A stretch of DNA of 64,000 bases from Eledone cirrhosa (Eukaryota), in assembly GCA_964016885.1 (NCBI GenBank), contig OZ024746.1, forward strand, positions 38,936,001 through 39,000,000, written 5' to 3'. This document shows, one piece after another, positions 14,560 to 28,600 of this stretch (its first letter is position 1; every line of letters begins with the position of its first letter). Under the pieces are notes generated by a model. It was not told the origin of the DNA. It searched no databases and saw only the letters and a list, made by a program, of their open reading frames with translations. A program made the position numbers and the translations under genes.

Positions 14560-14858
14560 CTCTAGGTCACTCTGATATAAAATCTGCGACTTCGTTTGCA
14601 TCCAATGATGTAGACCAGTGCTACTTTTTGGGTAAATGCATTTTATGTAAAGAGAGTGGGATCAGCCCTATGCAAAGCCTTTCCTCACTTAAAAAAGCTT
14701 CAAGCACAGACATTGCTTGATATGTGACATGTTTTGTGATGCATGTCATTGCTGGCCATAGGCAAGTCTCTAGCAGGATTAAAAAGCCACATCCATGCTG
14801 CTCATACTTAAGTAAGTATCAAGCGATGGCATTACTCAAAATCAAGTTTCAGCCATCA
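14560..14858 (+). mobile_element. old bipartite non-autonomous RTE-like element
   Basis: Similar to 63720-64000; ends with KSLAGLKSH zinc-finger remnant then (TATG)n. Confidence 0.55.
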
Positions 14859-15777
14859 TGTATGTATGTATGTATGCATGTATGTATGTATGTTATGCAT
14901 ATGTGTGTGTATATGTATGTGTGTATTATTATGTATGTATGTACATATGTATGTATTAACAGAGACAATATTCTTTAAGAAATCTGTGAATCTCAAGAAA
15001 TGTTTTTAGAAGTCTTCAAAATAATCCCACTAGTGTTGTAACTGTTAAATTCCTTAATGAAAAGATGCATTCCTTAAGCTTCAGTTAGTCTCCATTGCCT
15101 ACATTAGGAATGAATAAACGAATTCATCTATTTCGAAAAAAAAAAGAAGAAATAAAAAAAATATAAAGACAAAAAGTACGGTCCTTATCTGTAAAAGCAT
15201 CACCGTTATGTGTTCCTTTTTATTTGACAAAACCTTACCCTGTTGTCTCCCAGAACATCGTACAATCTATTGAAACGGTGCCAATCATCTCAGAACAGAA
15301 TGTTTTCTTTTAGGCGGTTCTAATTCTAATTCTAAACTAATCACTGTGTTAATTTGTGTGTGAGTGTGTGTACGTGTATTTATGTGTATAGGTGTGTGTA
15401 TGTTTATATACTCTTGACCAAATTCCTTGATATACACAGCAATCTCCTTTCAACAGCTTCATTGACATTCTCTTTCCCAGCCACCCCCTCATCATCATCA
15501 AAAGATATTTATCAGATTATTCAAATTCTATAAAAGAAATTTTCATTTAAAATATCTTATTGATATTTCTGGTTTTGAACCACCCTGTAATGAATACATA
15601 AGTTAAAATACACACATATATTTCCATGTGCACACACATGTACACGCACATATGTATGTATATGTGTAGATGTATATTTATATACACGTTTTTTTTCTCC
15701 ACAATTTTTTTCTCATTTTCCCCATTCCTTCCTCTCATCACTCTTTATTTTTTTTATTTATCTTCTATTTCTAACTC

Positions 15778-15816
15778 TATCTTCTGATGAAGGACTACTG
15801 TCTGAAATGTTAAGAC
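15778..15816 (+). ncRNA. degenerate minimal type I hammerhead motif
   Basis: TCTT-CTGATGA-AGGACTACTGTCT-GAAA-TGTT-AAGA; stem I TCTT/AAGA. Confidence 0.5.
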
Positions 15817-15960
15817 TCTCTTCTTGTTATTTCAAGCATTAAACTAATATATTTCTTCCATGTACTGTGCATTTTGTTTTGTTATTTTTGCTATTTTTGT
15901 TTACCTTTGACATATATATACATATATATATATACATATATACACACACACATATATATA

Positions 15961-16016
15961 TCCCATTAAGGGTGAAAGCAGCGATTCTTTGCTTAAACTT
16001 TAATCCGTTATTTTAA
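15961..16016 (+). mobile_element. 55-bp 3' tip of the Penelope/Naiad-like element at 50110-51305
   Basis: Reverse complement of 50110-50165, starting at HHR stem II; in (TA)n. Confidence 0.85.
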
Positions 16017-16035
16017 TATACATATATATATATAC

Positions 16036-16069
<34 letters not shown>

Positions 16070-16286
16070 AAGATATTTCTTTCTCCCTTTGGTTTTTGTT
16101 GTTGTTATCTATTATTATAGGTAGCACATACACAGCCTAATGTTTTGCATAGTATTTCCCTTTATTAACGTATATGTCTACTCTGATGGAAAGAGTCCCT
16201 CTCACATCATTGTCCACATAAATATACCTCTAATAATTTGGATTGTGTTGTGATGCAGTTGTAAATTCGATCATCAATATTATCAT

Positions 16287-16766
<480 letters not shown>

Positions 16767-17073
16767 AAGGGTAACAGTTCAGGTAAAGAAAGTTATACCA
16801 ACAAAGTTTCAAGTTCAATATAGTTCCAGACTCAACAAAGTAAATTAAATCAATTCATCACAAGTATAGTCCATAAAATATTAGAAATCAAATTTCAAGT
16901 AAATAAATCTGACAGGTCCTATGAATGTAGAGGTACAGAGCGCCATTTTGATTTTCACTTGTATTTTTTTCACATATTCTTGTAGAAATAATGTAGAAAT
17001 AATTAGAGGAATAAAATGTCTTAACGTTTGCATCTTGGGTATTCATCCATTAATGTAATATATATTTCATACA

Positions 17074-17145
17074 GAAATGACTTCTACAAGACTAGAACTG
17101 TTTCATTCATTTAAAATCATTGGGAATATCCTGATGATTTTAAGC
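17074..17145. mobile_element. degenerate family H1 fold-back
   Basis: GAAATGACTTCTAC..CTAGAACTGTTTCATTC...CCTGATGATTTT as at 36476-36540. Confidence 0.65.
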
Positions 17146-18265
17146 AAATTCACTGATGTGATGTTATAAAATGTTAACACAATTATGTGTGAGTGGGTTG
17201 ATGTCAGAAGTAAAATGTTTGCAAAAGTCTAGTGAACATACCTATATATACTATATATATATGTGTGTATATATAGTTTATACCTGTCCAACTTGAATAC
17301 CCATTCTCTACCCAATCTTCACCTCTGAGACACCTTTTTATTCAACCCATTATACAAGCATGGGAAGCTGGACACTCTGCACATTTGCTCCATCATGGTG
17401 CTGCTGCCGTGACAAAAAGTGGTCATGCTGGTGACATAATAAAAAAGACACCCAGCAGTCCATCCTGATAGATGGTAATTTTGGTGCTACTAAAAGCCCC
17501 TGGGCTACACTGTAATGTGATTGGCATTAGGAAGGACATCCAGCTGTTGAAACCAAGCCAAACTACAAATCTGCATGATCACCTGACCTGACTTGTTTCA
17601 TAATGTAACAACTTGTCTAACCCATGCAAGTGTGGAAAAATACACATTAAATAATGATAATGATGGTAGTGGTGGTGATGATGATGATATATATATATAT
17701 AATTTGGTTTAATTTTACAAACCAGGTGAAAGAGAGGTTGACATGTAAAACATGTGGCCTCCTTGAGTGATAGACTAATTCCATCACCCAGTCTATTGCC
17801 AGCATTTGGGCCTTCAGTGACTGTAGTTGACTCTATTGCAAGCATTTAGGCCTGATCTCTGGTTTAAAGATGCTTTTCTTATTCCATACAACTATACATA
17901 TGTAGGGAGGACTTGCCAGGAGCAATGGAAAATGATGACTTGTGGAGAGACTTTGCCAGGAATGTCCGATTGTGATCACAATGATGATGATCATCATACT
18001 TACGGAAGTGAGATGAAAATGACCATAGCTATCAAAACTTAGTCTTGGCTGCCCATTGCATATCTCCATTTTACCTTTGAAATTTCAAAGTTCTTTCCCT
18101 TGCCCATTTTAAAAATAATTTTCATTAATGCTAATGATTAAAAATGAATCATACTAGCAAGATGTGGTCAACTGACCAAACCAGTCTAACCACAGTACAT
18201 TACAATCCATTTAACCCATGCAAGCATGGAAAATAGATGTTAAACACCGATGATAATGATGAAGT

Positions 18266-18297
<32 letters not shown>

Positions 18298-18610
18298 AGG
18301 TCTGATTTTATTACCCCTGGTGGGAGAAAAAAAAGCAAAGTGAACCATTGTTGGGACTTGAAGCTATGTAGTGATCTAATATTTATTCCTCTCTGTTTAT
18401 ATTTTGTCCTTAATATATTTAGTAATCTTTCACTGTATAAATAGCATTGAAAGAATGCTACAACTCAGGCATATCATAAACAGAGAAAATAAAATAAAAG
18501 AACAGATAAAATCAACTTAATAAAATGTGGCTATATGTTCCATTCTACTAATCTAGTTGTTTATTACTTCTGTCCTATTCAGTTCAATGAATTAATGAAA
18601 AGAAGATTTT

Positions 18611-18709
<99 letters not shown>

Positions 18710-18732
18710 CTTTCTTTCTCTTTCTCTCTCAG

Positions 18733-18763
<31 letters not shown>

Positions 18764-19171
18764 CACACACATACTGTGTCCCTATTCCTCCTCTCTATAC
18801 ATTCCTTTTCCTCTCACTGTCCCACTCTCTCAACTGTTTCATGCAAGTTGCCACTCACCCTCCATTGCTTTCATTGACAGCATCATTCATCCCCACCACC
18901 ACCACCACTACAACCAGCTCCTCCTCACAAAACACACCCACATATTCAAATTCATGTTCAACTAATTTTAGATTAAGATGTGTGACTATGTGTGTGTTTG
19001 TCAATATATAGCAGAGAAAGCGGATGTTAAATGATAATGATAATGATGATGAAGGGCTTGGATGGTGAGAGACAGAAGCAACAAATAAGCAGACCAAATT
19101 TATCTAGTTTACATCTTTTAACATCTTGAGTTCAAACCCCATGAAGGTTGATTTTTGTTTTTCATCCCTTT

Positions 19172-19620
19172 AGTGGGAGTATTGCCAAAAGTTTTATGCT
19201 TGTTTCATAAACCTTGAAACAAGAGACCTTTTGTGGAAGGTTCTGCATGAGTATGGGATCAGTAGACAGCTCCTTATTGCCCTGACATCTCTATATAAGT
19301 ATCCTAGTATTTGTGTTTGGATAAATGGTGCTAAGTTGAAACCATTCAATGTAGTTGTTGAACTCTGCCAAATATGTGTACTGTTACATTTCCTGTTACA
19401 TTCCTGTTATATTTCCTGTTCATAATCTTCGTGAACAGGATTGACATGTGCAGGTCTATCCAGTAGATATCTCTACTGGTGGGTGTAGAATCAGTCAGCT
19501 GGAATTTGCAGATAACATGGTATTACTTAACTCATTGAAAAGTGATCTCCAACATGCACTTGATAGGTTTGCTGCTGAATGCTGCACAGCAGGAATGAAA
19601 ATCAAAAGTAAGACCAGATG
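19172..19620 (+). pseudogene. RTE (Rex3/Expander-like) RT fragment
   Basis: LWKVLHEYGISRQLL..., FADNMVLL, DLQHALDRFAAEC..GMKI with frameshifts. Confidence 0.75.
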
Positions 19621-19896
19621 ATATAAACCAAAGATAAGACCAAAAGTTAAGACCAGATGATAAGACCCAAAGATAAGACCAGATAAGACCCAAAGATAAG
19701 ACTTAAATGATAAGAACTGAAGATAAGTCCAGATGGCATAAACTGGAGGCAAAGCTTGATGAAAATAGCTTAAGGTATAACCAGGTGATAAAAACTAAAA
19801 ATAAGACCAGATATTGAGAACCAAAGATAATTTAAATGATGAATAGATGCATTAAGTCTACTCAAAATTGGTAAAACTATGTATTGGTGTATATAT

Positions 19897-20078
19897 ATAA
19901 TTGTTTCTACATTAGGCACAAGGCCAGCAATTACCCAGTGTATTACTGGTACTTTATTTTATCGACCCCGTAAGGATGAAAGGCAAAGTTAACCTCGGCT
20001 GGATTTGAACTCAGAATGGCAAGGGCCGTAACTCTATGCTGCAAAGCATGGCGTCCGACCCGCTACCGATACTGCCAA
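19897..20078 (-). mobile_element. Deu/Nin-type SINE
   Basis: Matches family consensus. Confidence 0.9.
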
Positions 20079-20566
20079 ATATATAATAATAGTTATTTGG
20101 TTAAGAAATTTCTTTCACAACTATGTGATTCTAAGTTCAATGCCACTGCACAGCATTTTGGGAAAGAGTCATATTCTGTAATTCCGAGTTAACCAATGCC
20201 ATGGGAAAGGCATTGCTTTCAGACCAGATGATTTTCAATGCGATCATATTGCATGTTATCTTCGGCAAAGGTCTGTTTCTATAGCGCGGAGCTGATCAAT
20301 CCATTCACATGAAATTTGCTTTGCAATCACATAATTCTAGATTTTGTCTTACTGTGTGGATGGAATCTTATGCAAGTGCCTTTAGCTATAGCATTAAAGT
20401 TATTTATGACTTGTGAGAGGAATTTAGTAGATGGAAACTAAGTGAAAGCCTGTTAGATGCACTTAGTTCAATTTATTTTGTTTGGTCGATTGAACTCTGA
20501 AGAGGTACAATGGAAAACTCCCTCTGCAATGTGTTGAGACTTAGTGATTTTTGCTTTCCATGTATT

Positions 20567-20842
20567 AGGGTAGCATGTGGCCTAGTGGTCAGGGTGTTGG
20601 ACTTATGATCATAATGTCATGGGTTTCATTCCTGGACATGTTGTGTTCTTGAGCAAAACACTTAATTTCACATTGCTCCAGTATACTCAGCTAAAAATGA
20701 GTACCAGTAATAGCTGGCAGTTTAACACTGCAATAGACTAACTTCCTGTCCAGGGGGAAGTTTTGTACTCTCAGGTGCTTCACGCCATGAAACCGGAATA
20801 AGCACCAACCTAATGAGCCTTCTGGCTTAAGACAGACTTTAG
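20567..20842 (+). mobile_element. older CORE-type SINE (relatives at 10090-10300 and 25842-26130)
   Basis: TGGCCTAGTGG A box, TTCTTGAGCAAAACACTT core, distinct tail ending CAGACTTTAGA. Confidence 0.7.
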
Positions 20843-21650
20843 ATGTATTCGAGTACATTAAGTTTACTGCATGTTTTTGTCTCTATGTAGTTGTTGTTGT
20901 TAATATTTAACCCCAGGTAATTCCTGTAGTTAAAGATATTTCAGCCATGACCTCCCAGTCTTTGATATATCAAGGATTACCTGGTCAATTCTTTTTTAGA
21001 CCGCAGGGTGTGATTTGAGGGTGATTTAGCTGCTATTGCTGGTTGAGCAACAATGTATAGGTTCCTACACTGGCTTTTGTCTGCTTGTGTTCTTGTGCCA
21101 AAGTATAAAAACAATTCAATGACTGCTGTATGACTACCCATGTGGAAATATGTATGTATGCATGTATGTATGTATGTATATATGTGTGTGTGTGTGTGTA
21201 TTAGTACAAACATTAGTACATGATTAGCCATCTGGAAGTATGTATGTTAGTGTGTGTATGTATATATGTTTATGCACATATGTACTTATATTTGTATACA
21301 ATGTCCCTTAAAGTATGATAGCATATACATGTTATGTATTAGAGATAATGTTTTGTGTTATTAATTAATCAATTAACATTGCATGAATGAGTGATAGTTC
21401 ACTCTGCTAGATATTAATACATGTAACCTGTCCAGTTACTGCTAAGACAAAGCATTTGTGAAACAAAGAGGATGTTAACAGGCTTTGAGAATATCAGTAA
21501 AAAAAAAGCAGATATACCTGAATAGAGAATGTGCAATTATTCAATACTGTGTATTATATAAATACATGCATATATGCATATGTATATAAAAATGTATATG
21601 TTTGCATGTGTGCTATGTGTATAAGTACACACATGCACACATATATATAT

Positions 21651-21988
21651 ATCATCATTCCATTTTATGTCCGCTTTTTCCCTGCTTGCAAGGGTGGGAC
21701 GGGAACTGATTCTAGCTTGATTTCTACAGCTGGATGCCCTTCCTAACACCAACCTCATTTACAGTGAGTGCTGGGTGCTTTTTTGCCATGGCACCTCCAC
21801 GACCACTTTGCAGTGGAATGATATGGACCCCAGTCCCTATCATCTCATTTCTACAGCTGAGTAAACTGGAGAGCAATGTGAAATAAAGTGTCTTGCTCAA
21901 GGAAACAACACATCACCCAGTCTGAGAATTGAACTCACAACCTTTCGATTGCAAGGCCAATGCTCTAACCACTAAGCCATGTGCCTCC
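21651..21988 (-). mobile_element. CORE-type SINE
   Basis: Reverse complement of 2048-2384. Confidence 0.92.
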
Positions 21989-22041
21989 ATATGTATATAT
22001 ATGTATATATAGACATATGTGTATGTGTGTGTGTGTGTGTG

Positions 22042-22178
22042 TTAGGTTCAATCTGGGGGTAACCAAAGTAAGTAAGGTACTCAATACATTAGTAGAGTGT
22101 AAACATCATGTTTAATATAGAAATGGCTTCTACAGAACTATAACTGTTTCATTAAAAAAAAATCACTAGGAAAGCCCT
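22042..22178 (-). mobile_element. family H1 Penelope-like 3' terminus, decayed HHR
   Basis: Reverse complement of 36530-36655. Confidence 0.75.
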
Positions 22179-22179
22179 T

Positions 22180-22410
22180 TCCTCCTTTCAAGTTCTGCCC
22201 GGTGCTCCAGTTCTGTGTTCATTCTCAACCTGTTCATTTCTTTCAAAAACCCATCTGTAAAAACTTGCTTTGCACAGCAATGCACCTCCATAGGGCTTTG
22301 GTAAATTTTGATAGGTTTTTGTTTGGTTTTCTTAAGTTTAATATAAAACATTGATGGCATAACGTTGCTCCATGTTTCTCTACATTCATCAACCTGTTAT
22401 AGTAATGTTT
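22180..22410 (-). pseudogene. mariner transposase N-terminal (HTH) remnant
   Basis: MEQRYAINVLY*..TYQNL..YG...FYRW...VENEHRTGAPGRT resembles mariner EQRYAIKF...VEDE.RSGRP. Confidence 0.55.
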
Positions 22411-22429
22411 CCAAGCTTTTATCCTTTGA

Positions 22430-23900
22430 GCATTACTGGTACTTTATTTTATCGACCCAGTGAGGATGAAAGGCAAAGCTAACCTTGGCAGGATTTGAAC
22501 TCAGAAAGTAAAGGACAGCAACTATATGCCACAAAACATGTTATCTGATGTTCTACCCATACTGACAAACCACTAACCTGTACTGCCAGAATAATTGTTT
22601 CTACTTTTGGCACAAGGCCAGCAATTATCCTAGGGTATTACTGGTACTTTATTTTATCGACCCCTTAAGAATGAAAGGCAAAGTTAACCTCGGCGGGATT
22701 CTGTACTGCCAGAATAATAATAGAAATAATTGTTTCTACTTTAAGCACAAGGCCAGCAATTACCCAGTGCATTACTGGTACTTTATTTTATCGACCCCAT
22801 AAGAATGAAAGGCAAAGTTAACCTCGGCGGGATTCTGTACTGCCAGAATAATAATAGAAATAATTGTTTCTACTTTAGGCACAAGGCCAGCAATTACCCA
22901 GTGCATTACTGGTACTTTATTTTATCGACCCCATAAGAATGAAAGGCAAAGTTAACCTCGGCGGGATTCTGTACTGCCAGAATAATAATAGAAATAATGA
23001 TTTCTACTTTAAATACAAGGTCGGTAAATTGTTGGGAATAGGAAAGATGATTATATTGACACCTTTATGTGGCTGGTATCTTATCTTATAGACCTGAGAA
23101 GGATGAAAGGCAAAATTTACCTCAGTGAGATTTGAATTCAGAATGTAAAGGACAGTAACTGAAATATAATAATGGTTACTGATTAAGGCACAAATCCAAC
23201 AACTTTGGGGGAGGGGAATACTGATTAAATCAACCTCACTGCATTACTGGTACTTTATTTTATCAAGCCCATAAGGATGAAAGACAAAGTTAACTTTGAT
23301 GGGATTTGAACTCAGAATGTAAGAAAATATACATAATTGTTTCTACTTTAGGCGCAAGGCCAGCAATAGGGAGGGGAGGGGAAAGTCAATTAAATCGATC
23401 TCAGTGTATTACTGGTACTTTATTTTATCTACCCCATAAGGATAAAAGGCAAAGCTTGGCGGGATTTGAACTCAAAAAGTAAAGGACCATAACCCTATGT
23501 CACAAAGCATGGTGTCCAACGCTATACTGATACTGCCAATCCACTGCCCTCAAATATAATAATAACAGTAATTATTTTTACATTTGGCACAAAGCCAGCA
23601 ATTTGAAGGGAAGGAGGAAGTCAATTAAATCAAACCAGTGTGTTACTGGTATCTGATACTTTATTTTATCAATCTCCAGAAGGATGAAAAGTAAATTGGT
23701 CTTAGCTGGCACTGGCACAAAGCCATAAACTTGTGTGTGTGTAGGGTGGGGGGCAGTGCATAACATTGACCTCAGTACTTGACTGGTGCTTTATTTCATT
23801 GACCTTAGCAGGGTTTTTAAATCAGAACATAAATGGCTAGAACAAATAGTACAATGCATTTTGTCTGATGCTCAACTGATTCTGTTGATCGACCACCCTT
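22430..23900 (-). mobile_element. stack of co-oriented Deu/Nin-type SINEs incl. 134-bp tandem array
   Basis: About eight SINE bodies separated by AAT runs; tandem units start 22579, 22701, 22835, 22969. Confidence 0.85.
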
Positions 23901-25199
23901 CATATTCATCACCATTTTACTTTTGTTTTCCATATTAGCATGGGTTGTACAGGTTGCCATGTTCTAAGGCCAGACATGTCAGATGACCGTATCTTGCTCA
24001 TACGTTCCAATTGTGACCTGGCTTCTACACCTGGATGTCTTTCCTAATACCAGCGACTTCACAGCATGTATTATGTGTATTTTATTGTGGCACCACCATT
24101 GCCACATAACCAGGTGGACTGGGTGATTTTATCATGGCACCAACACATTACTAATATAGGCACAAGGCCAAAGATATGTGGAGAGGAGTTAGTCAATAAT
24201 ATTAATTCCAGTACTTAAGTGGTACTTTATTTTACCAACCCTAGAAGGATAACAGATAGTTGACCTTGGTAAGATTTGAACTCAGAACATCTAGAGTTGT
24301 AATTACGTCCCCATCATGTAAGTTGGCAGTGTCAATACCATGATGAAAAGCACCCAGTCCACCCTGTAAAGTGGTAGTGCTGAAGCCACAACAAAAAACT
24401 CCCAATCCACCCTGTAAAGTAGTAGTGCTTGTACCATGAGAAAAATCATCCAGTTTACCTATGAGGTAGTAGTGCTGAAGTTATGATAAAATGTTCCCAG
24501 TACATGCTGTAAAGTAGTTGGCATTAGGAACCAAGCCAAAAAGAAAATGGATGAGCAAGTTGTGATCTCCTAATCAGAAGATGACAGCCTGCCTAACCCA
24601 TGGAAGCATAGGATGACGACAATGATGAGGATAGTGATGATGGGGATGATGAAAGTGATGATGATGATGATGATGATGATGATGGGGATGATGAAAGTGA
24701 TGATGATGATGATGATGATGATGAAGCATGGAAAATAACAGCATACAAAAGGAATTGAACGAGTTGACTCAAAAGTGGAAGAGCCAATCAGGATTCCAAA
24801 TTATCCTGACTACCAAGGACTATTGCTCTCTGTTAACTGTGTTCTCCAGCCTAAAGACCCATGCTATGTATAGATCTAATCTCTTGGGCCATAATTGTCA
24901 TTATCTCACTTCCTCCTCTTTTGGTTAATTTATTGGAAAGCAGCATCTTCCTTTCCCCTCTCAATTCCCCTTCTAAGAGGGACTTTAAGAAGTTGATAAA
25001 CACTAAGTCAAAGCAGAAAGTACTGCTCCTCAGTAATATTGTCATGATAATAATATTGATAATAAAAATAATTTCTAATTTAGGCACAAGACCTGCAATT
25101 TATGGGGAAGGGAAAATCAATTAAATCGACACTAATACTTGACTGGTACTTTTTTATCAATCCTGGAAGGATGAAAAGCAAAACTGACAAAAAGCATAT

Positions 25200-25322
25200 G
25201 TCCGATATGTGATAGTGGCATCTATCCAACATGTGATAACAGCATCTGTCTGCCATGTGGTAACAACATCTGTCCAACATGTGATAACCACATCTGTCCA
25301 ACATGTGATAACAGCATCTGTC
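25200..25322. repeat. 24-bp tandem repeat, ~5 copies
   Basis: CATGTGATAACAGCATCTGTCCAA unit. Confidence 0.85.
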
Positions 25323-25334
25323 AGGCATACAACC

Positions 25335-25545
25335 AGTCTTGTCAGTCTTGTTACTCTGACCCACCTCTTGTGAAATTCCCTAGAAGGTAGCACCTCCCTC
25401 TTGAACCTCACCTTCCTCTTTAAATGGTACTTGAAGAAGTTAATGAGAACGTGACAGAAAGGAAGATACCTCTCCTCAAATTCTGTATGTGTGTCCATCA
25501 CATAACTTTTGCCATTATAACCACCAGACAGGGGAAAACTTGTCA
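25335..25545 (-). pseudogene. L1/Tx1-like ORF2 C-terminal fragment
   Basis: LINFFKYHLKRKVRFKREVL...FHKRWVRV, recognised from memory of Tx1-type C-termini. Confidence 0.5.
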
Positions 25546-25547
25546 AA

Positions 25548-25746
25548 TAATAATAATTGTTTCTACTTTTGGCACAAGGCCAGCAATTACCCAGTGTATT
25601 ACTGGTACTTTATTTTATCGACCCCATAAGGATGAAAGGCAAAGCTAACCTCAGCGGGACTTGAACTCAGAATGGCAAGGGCCGTAAGTCAATGCGTCAA
25701 AGCATGGCGTCCGACCCTCTACCGATACTGCCAATCCACCGCCCTT
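25548..25746 (-). mobile_element. Deu/Nin-type SINE, full length
   Basis: Matches family consensus, in AAT repeat. Confidence 0.9.
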
Positions 25747-26730
25747 AATAATAATAATAATAATGATTTCTAATTTTTGACACAATGCCAGTCATTAAGG
25801 GGAAGAGAAGTCAATTAAACCAACCCTAGTACTATACTTAGTGGAGGCACGTGGCCTTGTGATAAGTGTGTTGAACCTATGATCATAACGTCATGGGTTC
25901 AATTCCTGGACAGGAGTATAAGTTGTGTTCTTGAACAAAACACTTTCTTTCACATTGCTTCAGTATACTCAGGTGCAAATGAGTACCAGCAGTAGCTGGT
26001 AGTTTAACCCTGTGATGGACTGGCATCCTCTCCAGGGGGAAGTCTTGTACTCCCAGTCCCTTAATGCTACAGATACTGAGATAAGCACTAGCCTGATGAG
26101 CCTCCGAGCTTGATACAGACTTTAGACTTTTAAGTACTTTACTTGTACTTTATTTCATCCAGCCCTGAAGGATGATAGGAAAAATGACAATAACAATAAT
26201 GATTTCATTTATTAGCCACAAGGGCCGACATGTAGGGGACAATACAGGGACAGTAACAATAATAATATATACAACATACAGAAAATAACATGACTTGGTA
26301 TTGCATATACATTACAAAAAGTACTCTCAATCACGGTCAGTGGAATGGAGAGGGGCAGGGGAGTCGTGTGTCCCCCCCCCCTTCCCAATAATTATATTTT
26401 TCTCCCCAAACTACCAAAACACACATCTATTTGTATATGTGCTACTGTTTATGTACATGTTATGTTTATCGCATATCAAAGTTTTTTTATATCTTGGTTG
26501 ATATTGATAATGACAGCTAAACAAATCACTACAACTAAATTGACCAAATTTTCCCCCCAGCCTCCCCAATCAATTAAGAAATGGTTCCACTGCCCTTGTC
26601 AATACAATAGAAACAACACTGCACACACCCATGTGCTTGGTAATGCAGTGATAGCACACAATGAAAATAAGTCTAATGATAATAATAAGACCAATGAAGA
26701 TGATGATAATAAGAAGACCAATAATAATAA

Positions 26731-27008
26731 TTAAAGTGGGAGGTAAAAAGGATTTGGAACTGCCATGAAGTCAAAGTGATCCCGATTGTCATAGGCGCAC
26801 TAGGGACTATCTCAAAAAGTTTCCAGGGATGGTTAAAGAAAATTGGCCCCTTCACGCTTTTTGGAACGCTTCAAAAGGCATGCTTGCTGGGAACAGCAAG
26901 AACCCTCCGATACGTCCTGAATATCTGAGGCTGCAGGTAGTGGCTTGATATTCATTTCAACAAACTTTCCAGTTAACTAACATCAATGACTGAGACTCAA
27001 AGAGTAAT
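26731..27008 (+). mobile_element. R4/Dong-clade LINE 3' end in (TAA)n
   Basis: LKWEVKRIWNCHEVKVIPIVIGALG...LQKACLLGTARTLRYVL* REL-endonuclease C-terminus; AAT repeats both sides. Confidence 0.85.
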
Positions 27009-27040
27009 AACAACAATAATAATAATAAAAATAATAATGT

Positions 27041-27236
27041 TATAGGCACAAGGCCAGCAATTTTGGGGGAGGGGAAAGTCGATTAAATCGACCCCAGTTC
27101 TTACTGGTGTTTTATTTTATCAACCCTGTAAGGATGAAAGGCAAAACTAACCTCGGCAAGATTTGAACAGAGAACGTAAAGGGCCATAACTCCATGCTGC
27201 AAAGCATGTTGTCCGACGGTCTACCGATACTGCTAA
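27041..27236 (-). mobile_element. Deu/Nin-type SINE
   Basis: Matches family consensus. Confidence 0.85.
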
Positions 27237-27845
27237 CAATAATAATGAAAACATTTATTGCCCTAGGTTCAAGGCCTAAACCCGGCAATAGAGAAACAAC
27301 TGAGCTAAACGAAATAATACAACAATAATAATAATAGCAATAATAATAATAATTATAGTAATAATTATAGTAATAATAATAGTAATAATAATAATAGTAA
27401 TAATAAATAGTAATAAATACCTGTTAACAACTAGTATTTGTTTATATGTTTCATATCAGTCAGTTGTAAGTCCACTGTTTTACTTTTTGTTTTTTGTTTT
27501 TGTTATATTTTCCTATTTATGTCTTAGTTTGAGAAGATACAGTTTTATAGAGTTTACTTCTCAGTTGTTAAAGTGAATTAAGGAATTAGTTCATATCAAC
27601 AGCCTTTTCTTCTACGACAACAGCGAGCAATTTGTAAACACACTTTCCCTTAGCTCTCAGTAGTTGCACACTGCATGCTGTTGCAGTTTTGTGTTTTTTC
27701 TACCAGGCTTTGCCTTGTCAACTACATTGTTTGAGTCAGGTGTAGTCAAGTGTAACAACACACTCACACACACTCACACACACAGTGCTATATATATATA
27801 TATGAGTGCACATATGTGAGTGCTGTAATAAGGGTGTATATATAT

Positions 27846-27878
<33 letters not shown>

Positions 27879-27881
27879 TAA

Positions 27882-28100
<219 letters not shown>

Positions 28101-28336
28101 GTAGGGTTGTTTGTGAATGTGTGTAATGTGTGTATGTGGGTGTATGTAAATGTGTGTGTGTGTGAATGAAGGGAGTGGTGAATATGTTGGAGGAGCAGAG
28201 TGAATGAGGCCGTGTTTAGATTTTTCAAGTCAAGCACAAATACAGTTAGAGGGTGGAGTCCAACATATTTGGCAAAGAAAGGAGAGGTGTTTATTTATGT
28301 ATGTGTTTATATACATATATGTATATATATATATAT

Positions 28337-28600
28337 ATGTGTGTGTGTGGGTGTGTGGGTGTGTTTGTGTGTGATTGTGTGTGTATGTGTTTGTGTGTGG
28401 GTGTGTTTGTCTGTGTGTTTGTGTGTGATTGTGTGTGTATGTGTTTGTGTGTGAGTGTGTTTGTCTGTGTGTTTGTGTGTGATTGTGTGTGTATGTGTTT
28501 GTGTGTGAGTGTGTTTGTCTGTGTGTTTGTGTGTGATTGTGTGTATATGTGTTTGTGTTTGTCTGTGTGTTTGTGTGATTGTGTGTGTATGTGTGTTTGC
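28337..28600. repeat. (TG)-rich minisatellite with ~50-bp higher-order unit
   Basis: Repeated GTGTTTGTCTGTGTGTTTGTGTGTGATTGTGTGTGTAT. Confidence 0.85.

Noticed and set aside
15238-15330. Possible minus-strand exons with good donors (15238; also 18003-18075 and 49348-49437)
   Set aside because: Short, no recognisable peptide, phases cannot be joined; splice-like motifs are common in AT-rich DNA
17885-17995. Apparent plus-strand exon after TATGTAG
   Set aside because: Reads EDLPGAMENDDLWRDFARNVRL* plus GAT tail, i.e. an old RTE-like 3' end
22579-22995. Regularly spaced repeats resembling a CRISPR array (also 25200-25322)
   Set aside because: No unique spacers, no cas genes, eukaryotic context
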